Below, piece after piece: positions 1 through 12,072 of a stretch of DNA of 64,000 nt (the stretch's first letter is position 1; every line of letters starts with the position of its first letter). The stretch comes from Novakomyces olei (taxonomy: Eukaryota). The stretch covers positions 372,001-436,000 of the forward strand of contig JADEYG010000003.1 in the NCBI GenBank assembly GCA_016906335.1, read 5' to 3'. Position numbers and translations under genes: made by a program. The notes under the pieces were generated by a model. The model made no database searches. It was not told the DNA's origin and was given only the letters and a program-made list of their open reading frames with translations.

Positions 1-105
1 AAATAAAAATTTCTCAACGTTTCTGACCAGAGTCGGCGGTTGCAAAGCCGTCTGGGCCATCAAACAAGTATGAAACTGAACCAAGACAGACGAGAAGACG
101 CTTAC

Positions 106-403
106 CAATTGCAATCATCTGCACATGACGGTTCTTAAGGTCTCGTTTAAGGAGACCTCCATTCTCATCGACGCCACCGCTACCGACGCCGATCTTTTCA
201 ACATCGCCGGTACTTGGATCGAACTTTTTCACAATCCCGGGCTTGAACGAGTCGACCATTCGGCGGAAAATGCCAGACTGCTCATGATCATAAACGGCGC
301 CGATATTACTAGGCTGGTCCTGATCATATACGGCACCGATAGTAGATTTGTCATTGGGCGAAACCTCGTTTGTGAGGTTGCGGCCCACCTCGTTTTTCGA
401 CAT
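106..403 (-). CDS. Amino-acid permease (yeast amino acid transporter / Gap1-like), first coding exon; gene continues off the left edge
   Basis: LKRDLKNRHVQMIAIG is the YAT N-terminal signature and DSFK precedes it. Donor G|GTAAGC starts at 105. Confidence 0.85.
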
Positions 404-1924
404 GCTCAGCCGTCAGAAAGCTTGCAGCAAAAGCGGCCGATAGGAAAACCCAAGTTTGTTGTTCGTATATTTGGAGACGAGGACAAGTATGGGAGGCGAA
501 GAACGGAGCTTCTTATAAATCGTCAAGTACTACAGTCTATTGCGGCGATAAGACAAATTAGACTGGTTTTTTTTTTACCCTTTTCTCCTATAAAGCCGCA
601 TGATTGTGTACATGAACGAAAAATCGCCGTACCACCGCTTGGGAAAGTATAGAAAAAGAATAAAAATCGGAATGCGAGTCGTTTGAGTGTGCTGCATGAT
701 ATAATTATTTGATCTAATATTAACAGATAAACGAAAAAGAATACTTGCATAATACAGCAAAAGTCTACGGAAATCGTGTGTCCCAAGTACTAAATTACTT
801 ACTAGTATGCTGTAAATAACAAATGCAAGAGAAAAAGTATGTAAATCCAGGTGCGTATAGCGTCATAGCACAATTTTCCAACGAAAATTTCAAAAAGATA
901 AGCGACGGCCGAGTTTTCACGAGTACTTGAGAATATTAAAGCGTTTCACGTAGCTAGCTATACACTGCACGTCATAAGACAAGGGACAGTGAAGGGCATA
1001 TATAGGATATTAGGAGTGAGCTTTACGAGTTGGCTAGAAATTTGTTGAGCGTAGTGGCAAAACGAAGCACTAATTGTATGACTTTACAACACATTGATTT
1101 CATTGGCGACCAGAGTAACGGGAGCTTTTGTCCAATTAGTATTTTCCATTGCTGATCAATGACTTCATTTTCGTGGACTGAGTTTCCGTTATCTGCTCCG
1201 GAATTTCGCGCGCCCATGATTGGCGCCCACATTATTTCCAGCGAATATTGCCGATCATAGCGAATAACTGGGTTAAGACGGCTTTTTTACGGCTTATTAA
1301 TTATTTATATGCATGTATTACTTGAATGTTTTTCACTATAACGTGAACAATCTAAGGGTCCTCTACGTTGCTTTATTTTACGATGGATTTGGGTCCAGGC
1401 ATACTGATAACTAATGTTGCAAGTTTAAAACACTTTTTATACCCTCGCATGATCTATACTTATTGCAATGAGCAAATTTTTTCTGTCCTTTGCGCAGGTG
1501 GCAAATGATGCAATTCACAGGAGAAGAGTTTTATTCGATTGTTCGTGTGCAGTCAAGTGTTGTTGTGGGCGAATAATCCTCATAGAATAGATATGTATTA
1601 AATTTTGGTAAGCCTTTTCCTCATATTAAGTAATCAAGTAGTTGATTGGTTGATGCATTAATTAGTTAATCTCGTTGAAATATGAATCTATTATCCCCTT
1701 ATAATAATACACCTGCCGACTCACTCAGTGATTAAAACAAGGCTTCCATGTGCCAGTTGTCTGACTTTAGCTTTACAGGATCTCACTCAAAAATACATAG
1801 TTATATATATAGCCCAAGCGAACCCTCATACCATTCAGGGATTTAGCTAAAGCAATCGAGAGTTTCTAATTCATTTAATTTATCATAGGAACAAATTCCA
1901 ACCTATATTCACAACAATTTCTCA

Positions 1925-1926
1925 AT

Positions 1927-2008
<82 letters not shown>
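1925..2008. repeat. (ATTT)n microsatellite, about 21 units
   Basis: Perfect tandem array 3' of the amidohydrolase; reads (AAAT)n on that gene's strand. Confidence 0.97.
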
Positions 2009-2009
<1 letters not shown>

Positions 2010-2075
2010 CTAAAATAATTCAGTAGTGTACATTCATTTCTTCTAGTTTTGAACAAATCCATCAATGTAAGGGAA

Positions 2076-3467
2076 TCAAATCACGGGCCAGACTGGAACT
2101 GTTTTCAACCCGGCACGCTCGGCTACCTGAGCCGCATGTTTTCTGCCTTCGTCGATAATCTCTTGCTCGTCCATAGTAACTAGTTTCTGATCACGAACAA
2201 CGATGCGTCCATCTACTACTACCATATCCACCTCAGCTCCTGAAGCAGTATATACAATAGTCGATACTGGATCCGAAGAAGGTGTACAGTGAAGCCGGTT
2301 CAGATCCAGTACAATAAAATCTGCCTTTTTCCCAGGCTCAAGCGATCCAATCTCGTGCTCAAGTCCCAGAGCACGTGCCCCATTTATTGTCGCCATTTCA
2401 ACGACAGTAGTAGCGGGAACTACAAGCGGATCCAGCTTAACAGCCTTGTGGATGATGGCAGCAATCTTCATTTCACGTAATAGATCATACGTGTTATTAC
2501 ACGGAGCTCCGTCGCAGCCAAGAGACACATTTACTCCTTGATCCAACATTTCCGGTACTCGGGCAAACCCTGAAGCCAGCTTCAAATTTGAAGATGGATT
2601 ATGTGACACATGGGTCCCTGTCCGGTGCAAGCAAGCAATATCGTCCGAGTCTAGCCAGACCATATGCACGAGCACTGTCTGTGGGCCTAAAAGCCCTACT
2701 GAATCGCAATATTGCATTGGTGTCATGTCGTATTCCGAGCGTATAAACTCTCGATCCTGCCGGACCTCAGCACAATGCATGGTAATATGCATATTTCGCT
2801 GCTTGGCTATTGACGTCATTTCTTTATAAAGAGCAGTGGATACACCCCCCGGCGTTCGAGCACCAAACCATACGTTGACACGGCCATTAGCACTTCCATT
2901 ATACTTTTCATGCATTTCCACTGCTCTAAGCAACGATTGCTCTCTCGTCTCTACCAAGCCGGGATGCATACTAAGGCCTGTGCGTGTCGCATATGTCCCA
3001 ATATCCATTACAATTTTGCCGAGGCAGGCTCGTGCTCCTGACTCTTCTACGGCTTTTACCAACCCTTCAAAGCCATAACGATCGGCAAACATGGCTTCCA
3101 GAAATGTAGTAGTCCCAGATTTGAGCATCTCTGCGATAGAAAGCCGGGCAGCTGCATACCCGTCTTGCTGGGTGAAATTACCCTGTAAAACCCATACACG
3201 ATCACATAGCCATTCAATAAGAGCTAAATCGTCAGCGCTTCCGCGTAGCAATGATTGTGCCGTATGCACATGGGTCGAAATTAATCCGGGAATTACGGTT
3301 TTGCCTTTTAAATTAAGCTCAGAGTGTGTGCTGTACTGCTCACGGAGAAGACTTGATTTCCCCACAGCTAGCAAGCGGCCAGTTTTGTCATCAACTGCTA
3401 AAGCTCCGTCTTCTATTATTTCGCGTTTGTCATTGACGGTAACGACCGTCGCATTTGTGTAAAGCAT
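2076..3467 (-). CDS. Metal-dependent amidohydrolase, MtaD/Atz-Trz-like purine (nucleoside) deaminase family, intronless, 463 aa
   Basis: PGLISTHVH (HxH), HCAE, VHMV, HNPSSNLKLASG, LGCDGAPCNN and GSLEPGKKAD motifs. Confidence 0.9.
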   Translation of the reverse strand: MLYTNATVVTVNDKREIIEDGALAVDDKTGRLLAVGKSSLLREQYSTHSELNLKGKTVIPGLISTHVHTAQSLLRGSADDLALIEWLCDRVWVLQGNFTQQDGYAAARLSIAEMLKSGTTTFLEAMFADRYGFEGLVKAVEESGARACLGKIVMDIGTYATRTGLSMHPGLVETREQSLLRAVEMHEKYNGSANGRVNVWFGARTPGGVSTALYKEMTSIAKQRNMHITMHCAEVRQDREFIRSEYDMTPMQYCDSVGLLGPQTVLVHMVWLDSDDIACLHRTGTHVSHNPSSNLKLASGFARVPEMLDQGVNVSLGCDGAPCNNTYDLLREMKIAAIIHKAVKLDPLVVPATTVVEMATINGARALGLEHEIGSLEPGKKADFIVLDLNRLHCTPSSDPVSTIVYTASGAEVDMVVVDGRIVVRDQKLVTMDEQEIIDEGRKHAAQVAERAGLKTVPVWPVI

Positions 3468-4728
3468 TACTGCGTGTTTCCAATAGTACCGAGACTATTG
3501 CCTCAGTTTCAATTGATTGATAGTAAACTGCTGATTGACTATCGACACTGGCTAACTAGAAAGCTCGACTTTAGCACGGCTCGCTTTTTCTGTTGGCCGA
3601 ATTGAACCAGTAGGATTCTATGTAGTCTCAGCTTTTCTTGCTGACTTAGTGAAGGAGCTTTGCTGTGTCTTGGACCTCTGTCTTGACTCCCGTTTTGTCT
3701 CTGAAAGAAATATATAAATTTTTTTTTGTTTTGTTTTATCAGTGCAGCCTCAGCTTTTCGGCAGCTTTATCAGTATTAAATCATCTTTGATATCCCCACA
3801 TGGGTGTCTTCGGCCGGGAAAGGAACTCGGCCGAGATGGCTTATCGACGCGAATAATGCACAGTGACGTAAAGAATTTAATATCTGTCTGTAAAGGCTTA
3901 ATTAATAATAGGTAAACGAGAAATTTTTTAAAGTTTATTGCAGCGACAAAAGTTGCAGCCAAGGCTAAGCTATCCCCTAACCGGTTTTGCCCTTGTCTAA
4001 TTAGTGTGTTTCCACATCATTGTACTCTAGAAATTAGCTTGATTCACCTCTAGTGCATTGTATAAATTTTACAAACCAATTTTCTAGCGTGTCTTCTTTT
4101 CCGATACAGGATATTCCCTTATCATGTGTTTTTGAACCCCGCGATCTCGTCCCCAATTTTATGATCCTGTATTGTATACAAATTACCGACAAACGGCATA
4201 TCGCCTACTTTTACTTTTACTTTTGACCCTATTCACCGTGTCTTAGATAATGGAACTTGTACAGCTCTGTTTTACTCCACCAGCGCTTTTGTTTGCAGTG
4301 TGTACACGCTCCCTGCAAGGCCCAAGGCACGAGGAGCGGTAAAAATTGTAATTCATAATAGCCCTTGCAGCTGAGTTTTCAATCATATTAAATCATGAGC
4401 AACATTAGTTTAGCATTCTGCAACATTGCTCTGCAACATTACATTGAGAAATCCAGGGACCTATTTTTCTGGATAGATAGAACCATCATCGCCGTCAGGG
4501 ACCGCTCGTTTGGACGGACGTACGTACGGTGGCGGCGGCGGCGACGGCGACATTTACGTAATTATCAGCAGAAAGATTATTTGTGCTGCCGATAAGGACA
4601 TTAAAAAGTACACTACCAAAATCTCCGACATACGCAATTTGCGATATATACGTATATTATATAAGGGGCCCTATAAATATATATACACCCTGTCTCTATC
4701 GGTCGAGGAACAAATTATTTTGGCGATC

Positions 4729-6626
4729 ATGGCGCAAAGACTTCGGGACTTTGGTCGGTCGCTGTACTGGCACTTTTGCACGTATGATGGCCTCATTGGC
4801 GACTATGATTATGTGGCTCTTTTTACCCCAAACATCCCGTTTGCGGGCAAACGATTTGAGCGAAAGCCACAGCTTTTCCTCGGCCTCCATGACAGAGTGC
4901 CGCTATTTCTATCTCTTCTAATGGGTATTACAATGGCATCTAAACTGGTAGCAGTGATGGACTAGTGCTGACTCTTGCAAGGTTTCCAACACTATTTATC
5001 GTCTGTTGGTGGTATTATCGTGCCACCTATTATTATCGCAAATGCTGCGGGACTCGACGCAAATTACCAAAGTTACCTCGTATCGGCTGCTCTAATATCG
5101 TCCGGGACTTTGTCTCTCATCCAAATTACCCGCATTCACATTCCTTTTACAAAGTACTACTGTGGTATGCATTTCCAATAGATTCAATATTTTATTATTT
5201 CTTTATTTTATTGTTTAGTTTTCAAGTTTCCGCCTTTCATCTCTCGAAATACACCCTTTGCTAATTTAAAGGTACGGGGTTGGTCAGTATTGTCGGTATT
5301 TCGTTTGCAACGGTATCGCTCGCACCTCGGGCTATAAGCCAGATGCGAGCAAACGGCATGTGCCCGCCTGAAGGAGAGCCATGTTACACAGCTTATGGTG
5401 CCATTTTGGGCACTGCTTGTGTATGCTCTTTGTTTGAGCTGCTGCTTTCCTTTTTACCCCCATCAATAGTCCGTAAAGTGTTTCCTCCATTGATCACTGG
5501 TCCCGTGATTGTTTTAATCGGTGTCTCACTCATTCAAACGGGCCTGCAGGACTGGGCCGGTGGCTCTGGCAGTTGTTATAATCGCCCTTCTGTCGCTGAC
5601 GCACCCGGTTTCCAGCTATGCCCTAGTAACGACGGTCTGCATGCCCTGCCCTGGGGAAGTCCTCAATTTCTGGGATTAGGGTTTTCTGTGTTTGTCTCCA
5701 TTGTGCTTATTGAACGATTTGGCAGCCCTATTATGCGAACAGCTGCCGTTGCTCTCGGCCTGGTTGTTGGTATTATAATTAGCGCGGCCACTGGTTATTT
5801 TGACAATACACCTATCCGTGAAGCTCCTGGAATTACTTTCCTTTGGGTCAGAACATTCCCGCTCTCCGTGTATGGTCCTTTAGTCTTGCCGTTTATCGCG
5901 ATTTATGTTATCTGTATGATGGAGGCAATTGGAGACGTCACAAATACTTGCGAGCTGAGCAAAGTGCCTGAATCAGAGTTTGGATCACGTATCCAAGGCG
6001 GTATTCTTGCAGATGGACTCAATGGACTTTTGGCCGCCCTTTTTACCATTTCTCCAATGGCCACTTTTGCACAAAATAACGGTATTCTTTCCCTGACCAA
6101 GGTAGTTTCCCGCTCAGTGGGGTATTGCTGTTGCTTTTGGCTTATCCTGTCTGGGATAATTGCAAAATTCGCTGCAATCTTCACGTCTATTCCCAAACCC
6201 GTACTGGGTGGTCTTGAGTGTTGGCTTTTCAGTTCCGTTGTTGCCTCTGGCATTCGTATAATTGCCTATTGCAATTTTACTCGGCGTGATCGGTTTGTTT
6301 TAGCGGCCCAGTTTACCTTGGGGTTTGGTGCTATTGTCGTACCGGACTATTTCACCTACTTTTTTTCATATCATGGCAATAATCAATCGCTAATTGGCTT
6401 CCTTGATGCAATTACGCTTGTTATGGAAACGCCTTACGCGGTCTCTGCTTTGATCGGCGTCATAATCAATTTGACTGTGCCTTATGATAAGGAAGACGAG
6501 GATACAATGCAGCCCATCGAATACATTGGGTCCCAGGGACAACAGACGGAATCAGTGCATACGATCAATGGCAATGATGCAGCTGCTTCTATTCCGATGG
6601 ATGAGGTTACCGCACAAAAAGTTTAG
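4729..6626 (+). CDS. Uric acid/xanthine permease (NAT/NCS2, UapA/UapC-like); exons 4729-4924, 4982-5164, 5272-6626
   Basis: GFQH in TM1, EAIGD, LADG and NAT signature FAQNNGILSLTK. Two GT-AG introns with branch points join the frames. Confidence 0.92.
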
Positions 6627-7123
6627 AAGTTCATTTATTAGGCGGCAAGTGGTACATAGAGATATATTTGGGTTTAGGGTTTTACTCAATATGGTTGATT
6701 AGTCTTAATATAATGGACTTTTCTCATTGCACTTTTGAGCGAAGTAATTGGAGGTAAAAGTTTATCGTGAAATACAATTGTGCTGTGGAAATTAATCAAT
6801 AGAATGGACGAATTGTATTACTCGTAGACCAGGGTTTTCTACATACTATCATGTGTATGTATAATAATTATATGGGCATATCATTGTTCTTAACCTTAAC
6901 TAACCCTATATTTAAACATGTATATTCGTGTCAAGATTATTATACAATCAAAATTCGCTCTTGCCATAATAATTTTCCAACAAAAGCACGAGTAAAGTGA
7001 ATTTTGGTGGACGCTTGATAGATCCACAGCTGGCTGACTGGTGTCGGATCCGGTTCGAAGGATCGAGGCCCTTTTACATCCTGCGCCGACTAGCTTGTAA
7101 TGGATCTGGGTAGTCGTATCGTT

Positions 7124-9407
7124 ATGGCCACGCGCAACTCTCGTGGAGGAAATAACACTGGAGGCCGTGCGCGTGGTGGCAGTGGCGGTCATCGGAGCAG
7201 CAGCCGAGGTGGGCCGGCTTTTGGAAGCCGAGATTCACGCGCTGGAGATGAAGATATGGAAATGGACGATGCTGGTTTGGCAGATCGATTGTAATATTTT
7301 ACGATTTATTTAGTTTTTGTTTTCCAACCTTTCACTTTGTTCTCGTTGTAGCATCTCAATACAACATTCTATTTTTCTTTTTGCGTTTCATGATATTGGT
7401 CTTTGATGAAAATCTTTGTTTTGTCTTTTTTCTCTTTTTTTTTTGATTTTTCTTAGAGACATTTGAAAGGTTCTGGTCATACACTGATACTGACACAAGC
7501 AGCACTCCGTACGCCAGCGGCAGAGGCACTCGGGGGAAACGGTACCGGGGTGGAGGACGATCGAATCAGGGCGGGAAAATCACGGAAGACAACCCTGGAG
7601 AATTAATTGATGTGGAGATTTCAAACTGGAATAATGGCTCGCAGGAAGATTTAATATCCTTTATATATCGCAAAAGTCACGTTCATATCAACCGGGCGAC
7701 CTTTTCAGGGACTCAGTGTTTTGTGAGTCTACCGAGAAATGATGTTGATGCTCTAGTAAGCCTCAGCGGTATTCGATTTGCCGGAAGCAAGGTAACGCAC
7801 TCGATAGCAGCACGTTTTTATTTTTATTTCTTATTTTGCTTTTCAAATTTTATCTTTTTTTCTTTATTTTATTTCTTCATTTCACTATATTTTAAATACA
7901 TGTTTTAGTTTGTATACATTTAAACTAGCTTTTGATGTATCTCTACATTCGATCACCTGCTAATAAACAGCTAAATATTAAACGCTCCCAGGATGCAGTC
8001 ATGACAGGCGATTCTTTCTCCATAAGAAATCCGTCAGGCAACAGCACTAGCGGCGGCAATACAATCCAAATCTTGCGTGATTTCCTAAAATCACGGTACA
8101 ATGCAGCTGCAAAATTACTTGATCTCTCCTCCATGTCTCTTGACCCAAAACTGACGGAGCTCGGTGTCTTTCAGCAGAGCATGGATACTCAAAGTAAATT
8201 CTTCCCAGCCTTGATGAAGCTGGCAGCCACTGAACTGAAATTGGATATTCAATCAGTCTCTCTGGCCAACAATGGCTTTGAATCTCTTACTCCAATCAGC
8301 TCTCTCTCTCAATATTTTCCCAATTTATTAAACATTTCCTTGGCTGATAATCGACTTGAGCGATTCCGCGACCTTGACGCTTGGGCCTACCGCACTAAGT
8401 TCCCTCATTTGCGTGAAATGGTTCTCGTTAATAACCCTCTTCGTGACGAAGCACTGGCTAAAGGCGAAGAGGCCAAGTATATTGCCGAGATTCATAAACG
8501 CTTCCACCGATTGGAAATGTTGGACGGAGCTGTGATTACCCCCTCAGCCGGACAGCAAGCAGAAGGGCATCCTACAATCTCGTTTGGGGGAGTAGAAGAT
8601 GAAGTAGCGCGCAAACAGAATACGAGAATAGTACTCCCAGAGCCCATTCGGCCCGCGTTCTTCGATTCAGATCAGTCAAGGGCAACTGCTATGCAAATGT
8701 GCTCTCAGCTGTTGCCGCTGTTTGATAATGATCGGGAACAACTAGTCTCGTTTTACGCAGAGACAGCTTGCTTTTCGTTTGCTATTGATACTGTTTCGAC
8801 GAGCTATTCACGATCAAACGCAAGCACTTACCCGTCGCTATCTGCCTCTAGAAACTTGACAAAAGTGACGTCACTAGACGCTCGCACAACCCGGTTATCC
8901 GTGGGTCACGTGCAGATTCGACAAGCGTTCCGGTCTTTCCCCGCAACCAGGCACAATCTGGAGAAGGGTGAAGACTTTCACGTGGAGGCTTTTGCCTCTA
9001 ATTTAGTGCAGGGAATTCCGACTCTGCATGTCAATGTCCATGGATGTTATACGGAGGTCAAGGGCGGAGCTGTACGTGGCTTTGATCGGACTTTTACAGT
9101 TGTCGCTAAGCCTTCAGGTCCCCAGATCGTTTCGGACAGCCTGATTGTCCATCAATTTTACGGCAACAAGGCTTGGGATCCTGATACAGAGGCTGCTACT
9201 TTACCTTCAGGTTCAAGTGCAGTGCCAGATCAAAGGGCAATGATGGTGAAAATGCTGGAGTCCCAAACTCAATTGAATCCTCAATTCTCTACCATGTGTC
9301 TCGAGCAGAACGGGTGGGATATGGCTCAGGCTTTAGAAGCGTTCAACAGGCTGAAAGCCCAAGGAGCCATTCCGCCAGAAGCGTTTGTTAAACCTAACCA
9401 AGTTTAA
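7124..9407 (+). CDS. MEX67: mRNA export factor Mex67/NXF1; exons 7124-7290, 7500(or 7503)-7791, 7971-9407; alternative in-frame ATG at 7100
   Basis: RG-rich N-terminus, RRM-like exon (GIRFAGSK), LRR (LLDLS, NISLADN), NTF2-like (SRNL, GFDRTF) and TAP-C/UBA (CLEQNGWD...IPPEAF). Confidence 0.92.
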
Positions 9408-9428
9408 GGGATAATTTTTCACTGTTAC

Positions 9429-9480
9429 CATTGTCATCATTGCTATCATTGCTATCATTGCTATCATTGTTATCATTGTA
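9429..9480. repeat. 9-bp tandem repeat (CATTGCTAT), about 6 units, in MEX67 3' region
   Basis: Directly visible, with degenerate ends. Confidence 0.85.
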
Positions 9481-10119
9481 AATTATTTTCATTTTTTATC
9501 TTTAATGTTCTACTTATTAGAAAAAAAAGTATACGCTGTCTACCTTGTCTTTGGAACGGTACATTCATTGCAGTTTTTGATACCCCTTTGCTGGCTTGAA
9601 CGGTCGGCACCAACTGCTGAGAGTGCGTTTTTTCGTACAATAGAAGGATTTGAAGATGGCATGTCGTTTACAATACTAGACAACGAACGAGGTTTGCAAA
9701 GTGAATTGTGAATGAATGAATGAATGAAATCAATATTCATATAGTATTATCATACTATAATTTAAAATATATAAAGACTAGAAATACTAGAAATATTGTG
9801 AATTCCATGAGTATTATGAATATTATGACTATTATAAACATTATAAATAAATATTATACGGCTGACAAGCACAAAATATAGAATGCTGCTGAATTCAAAC
9901 TCTGATTACTTAGTCTCCATATATGTGGACGGGTACCCGTGTACCCAAAGGACTCTATGTATCGGACTGTCCCGTTGGTAAGCATTGCCGCGCGATAAGT
10001 GGGCGGGAGATAAAAGAAATGGGCTGTCAGATTTTGCCCCTTCGAAATGACAGAGTCTTGACGAACTGTTGCAAGGGGACTCCAAGCAATTTACTTGCCA
10101 TTGACTGACAAGAGCAATT

Positions 10120-11519
10120 ATGGTTTCTTTTGCTACCGTCTTGAAGGCATTTAGCTTCTTATCAGGGGCAAGCACGCTTAAAATCGGTCAAGATTATCTA
10201 CACAGGATCGAAGGTAGCGCTTATTCAGCAATTGCGATAGTTTTTTATTATTAATTTTTTAATATTGTTGCTTCCGCTTTACTGATCTTTTAGATCTTGA
10301 CTTGGACCTTCCGTTTTCTCAGCCTGTGACTTTTGCTCATCTGGAATGGCAAAGATGCTTAGCGGCAAAACATTCGACTGTAAAAACATGAAATCACTTC
10401 TTCTAATACTGACTTGTATTAAAAAGCCTTTAGACATTGCAATTCTTGGGTTTCCGTATGATACATCTACTTCTTACCGTCCCGGCGCACGATTCGGCCC
10501 GCGGGGAATACGCGCCGGCAGTAGTCGGGAAAAAAAGGGACGAAGCTATAATACGATTTACGGGTTAGATCCGTTTGAGCAGGGGCTGAATATAATTGAC
10601 TGCGGAGATGTTCCAGTAACGCCTTTTGATGCAGCTCATGCTGGAAAGCAAATGGAGCAAGCTTATCGGCAAATTTTGTATCACGATACTGCGTCATCAG
10701 GCTGGTCTCATCCTCGTATATTGAGCTTGGGCGGTGATCACAGCATTGTACTGCCAATTCTGCGATCGCTTAAATCTGCATACGGCCCAATTAGTGTGAT
10801 TCACCTTGACTCTCATCTTGATACGTATGTCCAGCAATGATTTTATTATTTTATTTGGTTTTAAAATCTTAATTTTCGTTTACGTCTGATAATTATATTG
10901 TTTTACTTTTCTAAATGGTAGTTGGAATCCGTACGACGGTTATACAGGTATTGCTTCAGAGCAGAGCAAAATTACGCATGGAACTTTCTTTTGGCACGCA
11001 GCGCAAGAAGGATGTATTGCTAACGGCACTTCTGTGCATGGAGGGCTGCGTACAAAACTGTTCAGTCCTCACGATTATGTAACGGATCGTCAAGTCGGGT
11101 TTCACCTTATCGAGGCGCACGAAATAGATGATATTGGCGTTGCGGGAGTCGTAGACCGGATCAAGCAGGCAGTCGGAAACACTCCAGCCTATCTTAGCAT
11201 TGACATTGATGGTAAGACTTGTCGATAAGAATAGACATAAAAATCACTCATGACGGCTAACGTAATTCTAGTACTTGATCCGAGTATGGCACCGGCAACA
11301 GGCACACCCGAATCTGGCGGCTGGACTACGCGCGAATTGAAGCGGCTAATTAAAGGCCTCCAGGACGTGAATCTTGTCGGGGCAGATATTGTAGAGGTGA
11401 GCCCACCTTATGACAATCAGGCAGAGACTACATGTGTGGCAGCAGCGGACTTAGCTGTAGATATCTTGGCCGTATTTGCTTCGCAGTCTGCTCAGAGCAC
11501 GTTCCACGATGAGCTATAA
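10120..11519 (+). CDS. Agmatinase/ureohydrolase family; exons 10120-10213, 10294-10379, 10427-10824, 10922-11211, 11272-11519
   Basis: [27 protein letters not shown] and [17 protein letters not shown] motifs. Spliced frame is continuous and ends HDEL. Confidence 0.9.
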
Positions 11520-12072
11520 AAGCGTCCATATTATGATGCATTCATACTCTGAACAAATTCAGAGTCGTTTAATTCTGCTTTCAATAGATAATTAAAATGT
11601 TTATAGCGAGTAAAGTTTTGTGTAGAGCCGCAGTCATAGAGAGTTTCTCGAAAATTCCGGATTTTATTGCGCAATGAAACCTGTGATCAAATTGCTAAGC
11701 TCCGTACTAGTATACTTTTGTTTGACTCTTGTGTGATTCGTCACTCAGTCAGTGGTTGGCTTTTTCTATTTTCAGACTTGCTTACTAGTTTCCCTGGTTG
11801 CTTAGAGTTTTCATTCTATTTTATTTTATTTTTATTTCTCTTCCTATTAAACAGTTAATTAATTAATTTATTTATTTATTTATTTAACTCTCAATTCGAC
11901 TAATATTAATTGTTGTCATTTTTCGACCTATTTGGCAATACTCCTTCATATCCATCATTTACACATTTAGACTATTGGTGTACGCGTTTATAATATGGAA
12001 TTTTTTTAAATTACTTTTAAAACATTCATACAAACTTTATACAATCCCGACTAGTAATACAAATGTACACAA

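Noticed and set aside
125..652. 175-aa plus-strand ORF
   Set aside because: Antisense to the permease exon; no recognisable motif.
4510..4728. Open frame extending the permease upstream
   Set aside because: No ATG, and it spans TATA-like boxes near 4658 and 4672, so it is probably untranscribed promoter.
7048..7065. GATCC-GGTTCGAA-GGATC hairpin resembling a tRNA T-arm or B box
   Set aside because: Stem register is wrong for a T-arm, and there is no D-arm, anticodon arm or acceptor stem.
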